DNA of 64,000 nucleotides from an archaeon (GTDB lineage Archaea; Nanobdellota; Nanobdellia; SCGC-AAA011-G17; GW2011-AR17): NCBI GenBank assembly GCA_018656555.1, contig JABHZQ010000020.1, positions 10,764 to 74,763 of the forward strand, read 5' to 3'. Shown piece by piece: positions 20,699 to 29,062 of this stretch (position 1 is its first letter; each line of letters starts with the position of its first letter). The notes under the pieces were generated by a model. It saw only the letters and a program-made list of their open reading frames with translations, ran no database searches and was not told where the DNA came from. The position numbers and the translations under genes were made by a program.

Positions 20699-22060
20699 TT
20701 GATGGCAATACTACAAAAGATGAAAGTGAATAAAGAAAGATTGAAAGAACTTGCTAAACAATGTATGGGTTTTGAACCATTTCCATATCAGTTAGATTTT
20801 ATTAGTGATTGCTTTGAACACAAGTATATCTTAGCTTGTTGGAGCCGACAAATTGGTAAATCAACCTGCACTGCCTTGTTCGCCTGTTTGGCTGCTGTCT
20901 TGAATCCAGATATAACTATAATTATAATTTCAAAGTCCGAACGACAATCGAAGGAAATCTACATTAAAGTCTTAGATTTCCTTCACAGAGTCCCTGAATT
21001 CAGAAAGGGACTCAAACAAGAGTCAATGGAACAAACAATCCTTGCAAATAGATCAAGAATATTAAATCTCCCTTGTAGTTTTGAAGGTCAGAGTTTGAGA
21101 GGATATGCAGCTGAAATTTGCATTATTGATGAAGCTCAGTTTATTCCAGACCAAGTAGTAGATGAAGTTATTAGTCCGTTTGTTGCAACTAAGAAGGATT
21201 TTAAATTCATTAAGCTATCAACACCTCAAGGTAAGCAAGGACATTTCTATCGTAGTTTCTTAGATAAAGATTATCACGTTCATAATTATTCTTATGTTGA
21301 AGGAGTTAGAAACGGATTAATAACTCGGGAATTTATTGACAAGAAACGGATGGAGATGGATTCCTTGAGCTTTGCTCAAGAATATGAAGCTTTATTTATA
21401 GAAGAAGCTTCATCCTATTTCGGTTCGGAGCTAATTAATAACAATGTTCAAGATTATCCCCTACTGAGTGAGGTTTCTAATGTTGAGAGTGGTACATTCT
21501 ATGCAGGGTATGATGTTGGAAGATTTGGTATGGATAAAAGTGTTTTAATTGTAGTTCAAAGAAAAAAAGAAGAGAATAGGATTGTTTTCATAGGCTCTAT
21601 TGATAAAGCATCTTTAGATACACAATTAGATTATATCAAACGAATGGATAAACTATTTCATTTCAAGAAGATTGTTCTCGATGAAAGTGCCGTTGGAGGA
21701 GGGTTGACAGATTTCTTAATTAAAGAGTTCAATACATCTTTAATTAAAAAAGTTGAGGGATTAACTTTTACTAATAAATCTAAGAAAGATATTTATTCCA
21801 ATCTTAGAACTCTTTTGGAGAATAGACAGCTAATTCTACCAAGACATCCTGAACTGATAAGTCAACTTAAAGACCTTCAATATGAGTATTCAGATAGTGG
21901 AAACCTGAAGATATTTCATCCTCCAAACAAACATGATGATTATCCAGATGCTCTTGCTTTAGCTGTGAAATATGTTAAAGATAAAGAATCTGCTTGGTTC
22001 TTTGTAAATAATGATAGGTTAGATGAGAGTTATGGTAATGTTGATTATACCAGTTGGTGA
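20699..22060 (+). CDS. terminase large subunit (TerL)
   Basis: FPYQLDF; Walker A SRQIGKST; Walker B ICIIDEAQ; nuclease motifs AGYDVGRFGMDKSV and HDDYPDALALA. Confidence 0.85.
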   Translation: MMAILQKMKVNKERLKELAKQCMGFEPFPYQLDFISDCFEHKYILACWSRQIGKSTCTALFACLAAVLNPDITIIIISKSERQSKEIYIKVLDFLHRVPEFRKGLKQESMEQTILANRSRILNLPCSFEGQSLRGYAAEICIIDEAQFIPDQVVDEVISPFVATKKDFKFIKLSTPQGKQGHFYRSFLDKDYHVHNYSYVEGVRNGLITREFIDKKRMEMDSLSFAQEYEALFIEEASSYFGSELINNNVQDYPLLSEVSNVESGTFYAGYDVGRFGMDKSVLIVVQRKKEENRIVFIGSIDKASLDTQLDYIKRMDKLFHFKKIVLDESAVGGGLTDFLIKEFNTSLIKKVEGLTFTNKSKKDIYSNLRTLLENRQLILPRHPELISQLKDLQYEYSDSGNLKIFHPPNKHDDYPDALALAVKYVKDKESAWFFVNNDRLDESYGNVDYTSW

Positions 22061-22065
22061 TTAGA

Positions 22066-22096
22066 AATTAAATAAAAGAAAAAAGAAAAAAAAGAA
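22066..22096 (-). terminator. oligo-T tract terminator for 22097..22978
   Basis: Plus strand aaaagaaaaaagaaaaaaaag gives T-runs on the minus strand directly after the stop. Confidence 0.4.
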
Positions 22097-22978
22097 TTAA
22101 CAAGAAATAGTTATTGTAGCACTACTTTCACTTGTTTGTGTTCTGTGAAAAGCTTTGTTCAATGTAATCTCCACACCCTCTAAAGTTTCTGTATCTCCTT
22201 CATTGAATATCACTCCTTCTTCTCCTACATAAATAACTGCTTTTCCACTTGTTACTTCTTCTAAAGTTACATCATGACCATCATAAAGAACAGTTTCTTT
22301 TATGTAAAAGAAAACCTCTTCTCCACAATTCACTGTTTCTATAACTTGATTTGCTTCAGATTCAATATCCAATATATTTTCTACTTTAGTTGGTGCACCA
22401 GCACCATCAATACAATCAACTAACAAATTGGCGCCGTTCTGTGTTTCATCAGTTCTAACAAATGTTTTATCTAATGTAATTGTCAAATCCTCAATGGTTG
22501 CTTTTTCATTTAAATTAAGTGTTTTAGTAACTCCATTAACCTCAATGGTTGCAGAATTTGAGTCTATTTCTACAAGTTGTATTGACTCTTCAGCATATTC
22601 ATAAATTTCATCAACCATTAAAAAAAGACTTTCTGTACATTCAGACTCTACCTGCCCTATTACTTCCTCATTTAAAGCAAACTCTCCAGGTTCTAACACT
22701 TCTTGGTCTGTAGCTCCTCCCCCAGAAACTTGTTCTACAAGTTCTTGGTTAAGTATTGGTTCTCCAGCTTCTAATACTTCTTGCTGTTGATTTTGTTCTT
22801 CTGGGCTTCTAAAAAAACCAAGTAATTTTGCAAAAAAACCTTTTTCATTTTGCTCAGGTTCTACTTGATTAGAACGCTTAAAGATATCAAAAAAACCAGC
22901 ACTAACTATACTTGTTGTTAATATGGTTAGAACAAAGAAAACCATCAAAAATTTTAATCCTTTTTTCATAACAATCAT
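22097..22978 (-). CDS. secreted/anchored protein with internal duplication
   Basis: N-terminal TM; two homologous modules (about ATIEVNGVTKTLNLNEKATIEDLTITLDKTF and AVIYVGEEGVIFNEGDTETLEGVEITLNKAF), each ending in Cys. Confidence 0.55.
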   Translation of the reverse strand: MIVMKKGLKFLMVFFVLTILTTSIVSAGFFDIFKRSNQVEPEQNEKGFFAKLLGFFRSPEEQNQQQEVLEAGEPILNQELVEQVSGGGATDQEVLEPGEFALNEEVIGQVESECTESLFLMVDEIYEYAEESIQLVEIDSNSATIEVNGVTKTLNLNEKATIEDLTITLDKTFVRTDETQNGANLLVDCIDGAGAPTKVENILDIESEANQVIETVNCGEEVFFYIKETVLYDGHDVTLEEVTSGKAVIYVGEEGVIFNEGDTETLEGVEITLNKAFHRTQTSESSATITISC

Positions 22979-23070
22979 CCTCCTTTAAAAATTTAGTAAT
23001 ATTAAACAGAAACTATATATATATAATTTTCCATTGCGAAAATGTATCTAAATTATTTTAAATCTTATGG

Positions 23071-23391
23071 TTATGGCAAAGTCTCACAAGCCTTACCATC
23101 ATCGTCCCCATCCAAATAATGCACATCGTTTTCTGCTCCACCACAATATTCCATCATTTCTTGAGCCTCTGCTTGTGTTTCAAAGTCAGCACAATTGAAT
23201 GTATTAACTTTACAAGGTATAGGTGGAGTTCCGTCATCTACCTTGTCCGTAAGTAATTCTTCATTTAATTCTTTAACAATCTCCTCCTTATTGTCATTAG
23301 AACATAAGGATAATTTACCGCATTTGTTTTCAGAACATCCTGAAACAACTAATAATCCTATTAAGAACAGAATAATCAATATTTTTTTCAT
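23071..23391 (-). CDS. lipoprotein with Excalibur calcium-binding motif
   Basis: Signal plus GCS lipobox; C-terminal [15 protein letters not shown] (DxDxDGxxCE). Confidence 0.6.
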   Translation of the reverse strand: MKKILIILFLIGLLVVSGCSENKCGKLSLCSNDNKEEIVKELNEELLTDKVDDGTPPIPCKVNTFNCADFETQAEAQEMMEYCGGAENDVHYLDGDDDGKACETLP

Positions 23392-23440
23392 ATATCTAAG
23401 AAAGTTAAAGGATTTTATAAGGTTTTTGAGTAGTTGGGAT
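23392..23440 (-). promoter_or_regulatory. conserved promoter cassette (copy 1)
   Basis: Minus-sense AAACCTTATAAAATCCTTTAACTTTCTTAGATAT-ATG preceded by CCCAACTACTCA; near-identical copies at 25232-25265 and 25467-25500. Confidence 0.5.
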
Positions 23441-23457
23441 TAAAAAAGAAAAAAGAA

Positions 23458-24135
23458 TTAAATCTTTTTTTCAGCTATCTCCCCTATACCTTTTAGTAAT
23501 TCATAATCTGTAGTATAAAATGCCATATACACATTATCCTTGTAGAATTCTAATACATAGTAAGAAATTTTATTATCCCAATCATAATTTTCCCTTGTCA
23601 TTTTAAATAAGATACTTTCATCACCCAGATTAGGATTTGATAATTGAGTATAGGTATATTTGGAATTTTCTTCTTCATCTAGTACTTCTCCTGTTGCAAG
23701 CAAACCCTTTGAAGTATCTAATGTTTGAGAGATTGTTTCTTTAGGGTAGATTGAGATATATTGTTCTAGAGTAGTCATACCCTCTTTTACAAATGAAGCA
23801 TAATATCCTCCTTCCCATCCACTATTAATGGATTCTGCACTTACATCAGTTTTATCTCTTGGTCCTCTGGTAACAACTTCAAAACCTTCTGGTAAATTAT
23901 CAATATCTAGGGCTAAATCTGAAATATCCTCCCATTCACAATCTTGAGAACAAGAGTTATGACTTTCTGTTTTATCACATTTGCCATCTCCACATACAAT
24001 TTTTGGTTCTTCTTCAACTTCAACCACTTCTAAATTAGGATCTGCATCATTTGTGTCAACATTTATCTCACTTAGTTCTGTACAAGCTGAAACAGAAACA
24101 AGTAAAAGGATTAGTATTAGAATTGCTTTTTTCAT
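23458..24135 (-). CDS. secreted lipoprotein, hypothetical
   Basis: Signal LLLVSVSAC; acidic; four-Cys cluster CGDGKCD...CSQDC. Confidence 0.5.
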   Translation of the reverse strand: MKKAILILILLLVSVSACTELSEINVDTNDADPNLEVVEVEEEPKIVCGDGKCDKTESHNSCSQDCEWEDISDLALDIDNLPEGFEVVTRGPRDKTDVSAESINSGWEGGYYASFVKEGMTTLEQYISIYPKETISQTLDTSKGLLATGEVLDEEENSKYTYTQLSNPNLGDESILFKMTRENYDWDNKISYYVLEFYKDNVYMAFYTTDYELLKGIGEIAEKKI

Positions 24136-24188
24136 AGAAATAAGAAATATATTGAAATATATAAAGTTTTTGAGTTATTAATTATTTT

Positions 24189-24503
24189 TTATGTTTTCAT
24201 CCCATGATGGTGTTTCATAGCCATATTTAAAGCAATTAGCCATCCTATAATTGACCAACCAAATATTAGATTAATCAAAAATATAACCAAAGCATTGGTC
24301 TTTTTATTTTTAATTGCAAAGTAGGTCGGAAGGAAATAAAGCATAAAAGCGATAATTGCTCCAACAATAAGAAATAATGTAAGAAATAATCCTGTAGCTC
24401 CCAAAGGATAGGCTATCAGTAATGTCAAAAAGAAAATCCCAGTAATAATTCCTATAATTATTTTTGTTTTTAAGGAATATCCCTCTTTTTTCTTTTTAGC
24501 CAT
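24189..24503 (-). CDS. superinfection-immunity-like membrane protein (Imm_superinfect family)
   Basis: FLPTYFAIKNKKTNALVIFLINLIFGWSIIGWLIAL matches that family's core. Confidence 0.55.
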   Translation of the reverse strand: MAKKKKEGYSLKTKIIIGIITGIFFLTLLIAYPLGATGLFLTLFLIVGAIIAFMLYFLPTYFAIKNKKTNALVIFLINLIFGWSIIGWLIALNMAMKHHHGMKT

Positions 24504-24556
24504 ATTATTTCTAATATTTTTATGATATATAAAGGTTATGAGTAGTTGGTGATTAG

Positions 24557-25231
24557 TTATTCTACAATAATATCAAATAATTGTTCAGTTCCATTCTCAC
24601 AACTAAGAACTCTTGTATAAGTATAATAGTTAACATCTTCAACTACTCCATTTGAATCTATTTCTGTACATTTTATCTGTCTTGCAGGTCTACAATAATA
24701 ATAATTAGAATTTTCTCCAACTCTATTCCCTAATTGACAATAATTACTTACATCATAACTAACTACACCTTTACAATTTTCTGATATTACTACTCCATAA
24801 GCCCCTAAGCTTTTAACTTTAGAGCAATCTCCTTCAGTTTCTTTTATATTATCAAGATTAAACAATACTTCATTAGTATCTGGGGCAGTGATTATTACAG
24901 ATTCAGCAGTTTCTTCTTCTGATTCAGTTTCTAAATCTGTTTCAACTTTTGTTATAGAATCATTGCTATCTAAATCACCATCTGGTAAACTAAATATAAT
25001 TATAACTACGATTATTGCAATAAATAGTCCTATAATCCCTAAAACTATCCCTGCAATATTAATTCCCTTGCCTTTAAGCTTACTATTTTTGCTTATTGAA
25101 ATCAAAGATATTGCACCACAAGTAAATGCGAGAATTGGAAAAATAAATCCTATTAGTGGAAACCAGAAGAATAGTATAGATAAAATTCCAAAGATTAAAC
25201 TGGCAATTGCTAAGCCACTTGTCTTTTTCAT
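24557..25231 (-). CDS. DUF4190-type membrane protein with extracellular Cys-containing domain
   Basis: N-terminal MKKTSGLAIASLIFGILSIL...GINIAGIVLGIIGL; C-terminal ectodomain with 6 Cys. Confidence 0.5.
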   Translation of the reverse strand: MKKTSGLAIASLIFGILSILFFWFPLIGFIFPILAFTCGAISLISISKNSKLKGKGINIAGIVLGIIGLFIAIIVVIIIFSLPDGDLDSNDSITKVETDLETESEEETAESVIITAPDTNEVLFNLDNIKETEGDCSKVKSLGAYGVVISENCKGVVSYDVSNYCQLGNRVGENSNYYYCRPARQIKCTEIDSNGVVEDVNYYTYTRVLSCENGTEQLFDIIVE

Positions 25232-25265
25232 ATGATTTTTAGAAGTTAAAGGATTTTATAAGTTT
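25232..25265 (-). promoter_or_regulatory. conserved promoter cassette (copy 2)
   Basis: agaagttaaaggattttataagttttt. Confidence 0.45.
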
Positions 25266-25349
25266 TTACTTTAATCTTAATAAAAATAAATTGCAAATAA
25301 TAAGGTTAGAGAACCAAAAGTCCATAATAAATAATTGTAAAAATTGGTT

Positions 25350-25466
25350 CATTAAAAGGTATAATATCTTCTGTAATAAATGAATATATTGCATATATCC
25401 ACCCTCCCAATATAATCAAAGAAGATACTTTTGACCAAAAAGTCATAAGTTTATTTATAAAAGTCA
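25350..25466 (-). CDS. small hydrophobic peptide (38 aa)
   Basis: MTFINKLMTFWSKVSSLIILGGWIYAIYSFITEDIIPF; sits directly behind promoter cassette copy 3. Confidence 0.3.
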
Positions 25467-25500
25467 TAATATTTAGAAAGTTAAATGATTTTATAAGGTT
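25467..25500 (-). promoter_or_regulatory. conserved promoter cassette (copy 3)
   Basis: agaaagttaaatgattttataaggttt. Confidence 0.45.
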
Positions 25501-25507
25501 TACTTAA

Positions 25508-26002
25508 TCAACAAGGTTCAAAACCTGTCCCACCACCATGACAGACACAATAGCCATCCATACACTCTCCACCTTCCAATCCTTTAGCACTACATACATC
25601 TGCACAATTAGAAGGAGTTGGAGCAGGAGTTGGTTCTGGAGCTGGTTTAAATATATCCTCAACGATTAAACCTAATGGTATCTCTCCTGTGTAAGATAAA
25701 CCAAAAATTGTGCAAAAGAAAAGAAAAGCAGCTGCAACAGCTCCAAACTTAACAACATCCCAAATATCCTTATCCGTCCAATACCCATGTCTCCCTCTAT
25801 GTTCTTCTCTTGTCAGAATTTCTAAATTGGATTCTCTAAAATCTTTCTTTCTTCCATTCCTGTGATGGATGACATAATCTCTGAATGGTCTATCATGCAA
25901 ATGAGGAGTTCTTTTATACATCCTATAAGCTACTTTCCTGTGGATTAGCTGTCCATCATATCTATCTCTAGGATAGCCTCTATCGTCAATATAATAAGCC
26001 AT
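25508..26002 (-). CDS. HNH endonuclease domain fused to a TM helix and a C-terminal 6-Cys defensin-like domain
   Basis: HNH motif VIHHRNGRKKDFRESNLEILTREEH; TM AVAAAFLFFCTIFGL; linker PAPEPTPAPTP; C-ADV-C...GGEC...CVC...C. Confidence 0.55.
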   Translation of the reverse strand: MAYYIDDRGYPRDRYDGQLIHRKVAYRMYKRTPHLHDRPFRDYVIHHRNGRKKDFRESNLEILTREEHRGRHGYWTDKDIWDVVKFGAVAAAFLFFCTIFGLSYTGEIPLGLIVEDIFKPAPEPTPAPTPSNCADVCSAKGLEGGECMDGYCVCHGGGTGFEPC

Positions 26003-26046
26003 ATTTAATTAAATAAAAACTAAATATATATTATAAAGGTTTGGAA

Positions 26047-26955
26047 TTAGATAATTAATTTCTTTTGTTCTCTTTCTTTGTTTAGAAGCTCTTCTACTAT
26101 AGGGGGTACTGGAATATCCACTTCTTCACACCATTCATAGACATTTTTAGTTTTCTTGAACATATTACACTTATTACAAGCTAAGACTAGATTGTTATAT
26201 GTATTTGTTCCCCCTTTAGCAACAGCGACAATATGGTCTATACCTAATTTTTCATTACTTCCACAATAAACACAATTTTTATCTCTCTCCTTGATAAGCT
26301 TTTGAACTTTTACAGATATTCCTGAAGGAGATATATGTCCTCTTAATCTTAATCTTCTTTTAGAATGAGATTTGATATCAACCATCCTTCCTTTTTCTGA
26401 CTTTCTATATGCCTCTCTTAACCTAATAACTCTTGGTTGTTTTTCATATATCTTTGCTCGTTCCTTCACTTCTTTGCTCTTATTATACTCTTTTATTCTT
26501 TGAATTACTTTAGGCTTTAATCTATATCTTTTAATGTACTTATCTCTCCTTGCTTTGATTTCTGGTTGTTCTCTATAGGATTTTCTTTTAGCTTTGTACT
26601 CATCTGTTGATTGGTAGAATCTTTGATATATTTTGTTTCTGGCTTTAGTTTCAGGTCTCTGGTTATAGGCTCTTATTTTTTCTTGATTATTAGGATTAGC
26701 TCTGTAATTTCTTTGATGTTCATTCATACGTTCCCTTACTTCAGGTCTTTGGTGGTATTTTCTTGCTTTTTCTTTTACTTCTTCTCTTTGTCTATATTTT
26801 CTTCTTTTCTGTTTAAACTCTTCTGTTTGCCTTTGTTTCTTTCTTCTTACTTTTATTTCTGGTTTCTTTGCTCTTTTCTTATCATAACAAGGTTTACAGA
26901 GTCCCTTAGCATGATACTTATCTTCACTATTACATAGAATACACTCTTTAACCAT
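26047..26955 (-). CDS. HNH endonuclease with N-terminal zinc ribbon and central tandem basic repeats
   Basis: CILCNS...CKPCY; about seven (K/R)xY(x)QRPE(V/I)(K/R)ER-like repeats; C-terminal CVYCGS...GIDHIVAVAKGG...NNLVLACNKCN. Confidence 0.7.
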   Translation of the reverse strand: MVKECILCNSEDKYHAKGLCKPCYDKKRAKKPEIKVRRKKQRQTEEFKQKRRKYRQREEVKEKARKYHQRPEVRERMNEHQRNYRANPNNQEKIRAYNQRPETKARNKIYQRFYQSTDEYKAKRKSYREQPEIKARRDKYIKRYRLKPKVIQRIKEYNKSKEVKERAKIYEKQPRVIRLREAYRKSEKGRMVDIKSHSKRRLRLRGHISPSGISVKVQKLIKERDKNCVYCGSNEKLGIDHIVAVAKGGTNTYNNLVLACNKCNMFKKTKNVYEWCEEVDIPVPPIVEELLNKEREQKKLII

Positions 26956-27124
26956 AAAAAATCAACTTAAATAATTATTTAAAAACTTTTGCTATCACTC
27001 TGTTTACAAATTAAGGTAGGTATATCCTTAATCCTCATCCTCATGTGTAAATCATCACCTAAGGCTAATAATCCAATTTATTGCCAACTATTATTTCAAA
27101 TTCATCTTTTTTTCTTTTCATTTT

Positions 27125-28369
27125 TTATTCCTCCTTATCCTTTTTGAACTCCTTAAACTTTTCAAGGAGCTTAGGATTCTGCATTATTTCCATCATAACT
27201 TGCATGGTTTTGTCAATCTCTTTGTTTTTCATTTCATCGTCCTGGATTGCAATCTCAACAGATAATGGTCGTCCACATTTGTAGCAGTATTTTGCATTAT
27301 ACTCATTTATACTTCCACATCCACAAGCAACTGGTACATTCTTTTCTTCTTCCTTTTTCTTAAGTCCATTCATCTTTAGGAATGCATCTTCAAGCTGTTC
27401 ATTACACAAATGAACATACCTTTTGACCTGTCTTGAACCAATCGACCAGCCAAGATATTTACACAGCAATGCTTCTGTTAGATGAGGAGCAAGTAGGGTG
27501 GCTCTGCTGTGTCTAAACCAGTGGAGATTGTGTTTTTTATCTAAACTAGACTTCTCAAACACTCTGTTAATTAGTTTTTGTGTTCCTTTGTGCATAAGTG
27601 GTTTAAACTTTTGTTGTTTATGTCTACTTTCTCCAACCCACACATAACTTTCTGGATTGTTCTTATATGGATGGATATCTAACCATCTAGTAAGGTATGG
27701 AACTGACTGAGTTACGAATATCTGTCTCATTCCTGTCTTTCCATCAACAATCACACTTGCAGATAGTTTATCCTGTCTTATGTCCTTTATTTTAATGTTT
27801 AACAACTCACCAGCTCTAACTCCAGTTTCGTGTAGGAACTTTAACAAAGCTCTAGTTTTGATGTTTTGAGTCTGTTGAATTACCAATTCAATGTCTTCTT
27901 CTGTTAAGATTGTTGAAGGGTCTATTGGTTCAATTATTTCTCTACTTCTCACACTAAAGATAAACTTGTATAGCTTGTTGAGTTCCAATCTTGTTTCTTC
28001 ATCACACCTAATCAGCCTGTTATCCTCATCCTCGAACCATCGGTAGAATTGTTTAAGAGTTCTCCTGTAATCTGCTTTGGTATTTGGTTTCTGTTTAGTG
28101 TTGTTTTCTATCTTTGCAAGTAATGTAATGACATCCTTCTTGCATAACTTATCAAAATCCACACAAAGCATTATTGCAATGAACTTAAGTTGAGAGATTA
28201 ATTTTCCAATCCTTAAGTCTCCAACACCTCTACTGAACAGGTTATCTGCAAACTCAAGAATGAGTTCTTTGTTCCTATCACTTATATCTGCCTCTTCTAA
28301 GTGCTTCAGTGTGTTTTTGTAATAATTCTTCTTCCCTTGTGCATATATTCTTTTTGAGTCATATACCAT
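27125..28369 (-). CDS. int: tyrosine integrase/recombinase (intact) with C-terminal zinc-ribbon extension
   Basis: LHWFRHSRATLL...LGWSIGSRQVKRYVHL (HxxR...Y); C-terminal CGCGSINEYNAKYCYKCG. Confidence 0.85.
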   Translation of the reverse strand: MVYDSKRIYAQGKKNYYKNTLKHLEEADISDRNKELILEFADNLFSRGVGDLRIGKLISQLKFIAIMLCVDFDKLCKKDVITLLAKIENNTKQKPNTKADYRRTLKQFYRWFEDEDNRLIRCDEETRLELNKLYKFIFSVRSREIIEPIDPSTILTEEDIELVIQQTQNIKTRALLKFLHETGVRAGELLNIKIKDIRQDKLSASVIVDGKTGMRQIFVTQSVPYLTRWLDIHPYKNNPESYVWVGESRHKQQKFKPLMHKGTQKLINRVFEKSSLDKKHNLHWFRHSRATLLAPHLTEALLCKYLGWSIGSRQVKRYVHLCNEQLEDAFLKMNGLKKKEEEKNVPVACGCGSINEYNAKYCYKCGRPLSVEIAIQDDEMKNKEIDKTMQVMMEIMQNPKLLEKFKEFKKDKEE

Positions 28370-28438
28370 TTGTGTTTAAAAGAAATAATCGTATATAGTT
28401 CCTCAGGTATACCCAAATATACGCCTTAGTGGTCTAAT

Positions 28439-28452
28439 TCCCAGCCTCGGCG
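28439..28452. repeat. attR core (partial tRNA 3'-end copy)
   Basis: ggtctaattcccagcctcggcgg resembles the tRNA sequence gggttcgaatcccagcctcggcg (about 22 of 26 positions). Confidence 0.7.
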
Positions 28453-28487
28453 GAATCTTTATAAATTCTAATTCTTTGTGAAAACTT

Positions 28488-29027
28488 ATGAAATCAAAAA
28501 CATGGATTTACATTTTGGTTGTAATTGCAATTTTTTTAGGAATTGTTTATTTTGTAAATCATGGAGGAGAGACAATGAAAGTTAAACTTGAAACAAATCA
28601 AGGTGATATTGTTATTCAATTGGCAGATGATATGCCAATAACTACTGGTAATTTTGTTAATTTGGTAAATGAAGGAGTATATGATGGAGTAATTTTTCAT
28701 AGGATTATTGATGGATTTATGATCCAAGGTGGGGATCCTACTGGAACTGGTTATGGAGATTCTAGTATTCCTAAGATAGAAGATGAATTTACTTCTGATA
28801 ATGCAAATAATAGAGGTACAATAGCTATGGCAAATGCAGGACCAAATACAGGTAGTTCTCAGTTTTTTATTAACTTAGTGGATAATAATTATTTAGATAG
28901 TGCTCATCCTGTTTTTGGAGAGGTAGTTGAAGGAATGGATGTTGTGGATGCTATGGCTAAGGTTGAGAAGGATTCTAATGATAAACCACTTGAAGATGTA
29001 GTGATTGTCAAAGCTACTGTGCTTTAG
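28488..29027 (+). CDS. cyclophilin-type peptidyl-prolyl cis-trans isomerase, N-terminally anchored
   Basis: [19 protein letters not shown]; N-terminal TM/signal. Confidence 0.85.
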   Translation: MKSKTWIYILVVIAIFLGIVYFVNHGGETMKVKLETNQGDIVIQLADDMPITTGNFVNLVNEGVYDGVIFHRIIDGFMIQGGDPTGTGYGDSSIPKIEDEFTSDNANNRGTIAMANAGPNTGSSQFFINLVDNNYLDSAHPVFGEVVEGMDVVDAMAKVEKDSNDKPLEDVVIVKATVL

Positions 29028-29062
29028 GTAGTTTTTTAAGCTTATTCTTAATTTTTCTTTTT

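Larger units (their letters stand above)
15801..28452. mobile_element. tRNA-integrated mobile element (defective provirus or satellite-like), about 12.65 kb
   Basis: The 14-bp perfect direct repeat tcccagcctcggcg at 15801-15814 (the tRNA 3' end) recurs at 28439-28452, with imperfect extension on both sides. An intact tyrosine integrase lies next to the right repeat. The element carries a replication protein, a TerL gene and HNH genes, and its codon usage differs from flanking host genes. Confidence 0.75.

Noticed and set aside
6110-20708. Many short ORFs nested antisense or out-of-frame within longer genes (for example 6110..6367, 6998..7180, 7826..8071, 7854..8081, 8742..8957, 9562..9759, 9979..10164, 11792..11980, 13707..14060, 14586..14783, 15860..16111, 16827..17060, 17529..17762, 18700..18963, 20114..20515, 20472..20708)
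   Set aside because: Each overlaps a longer ORF that has clear conserved motifs or better coding features. AT-rich sequence produces long stop-free antisense frames by chance.
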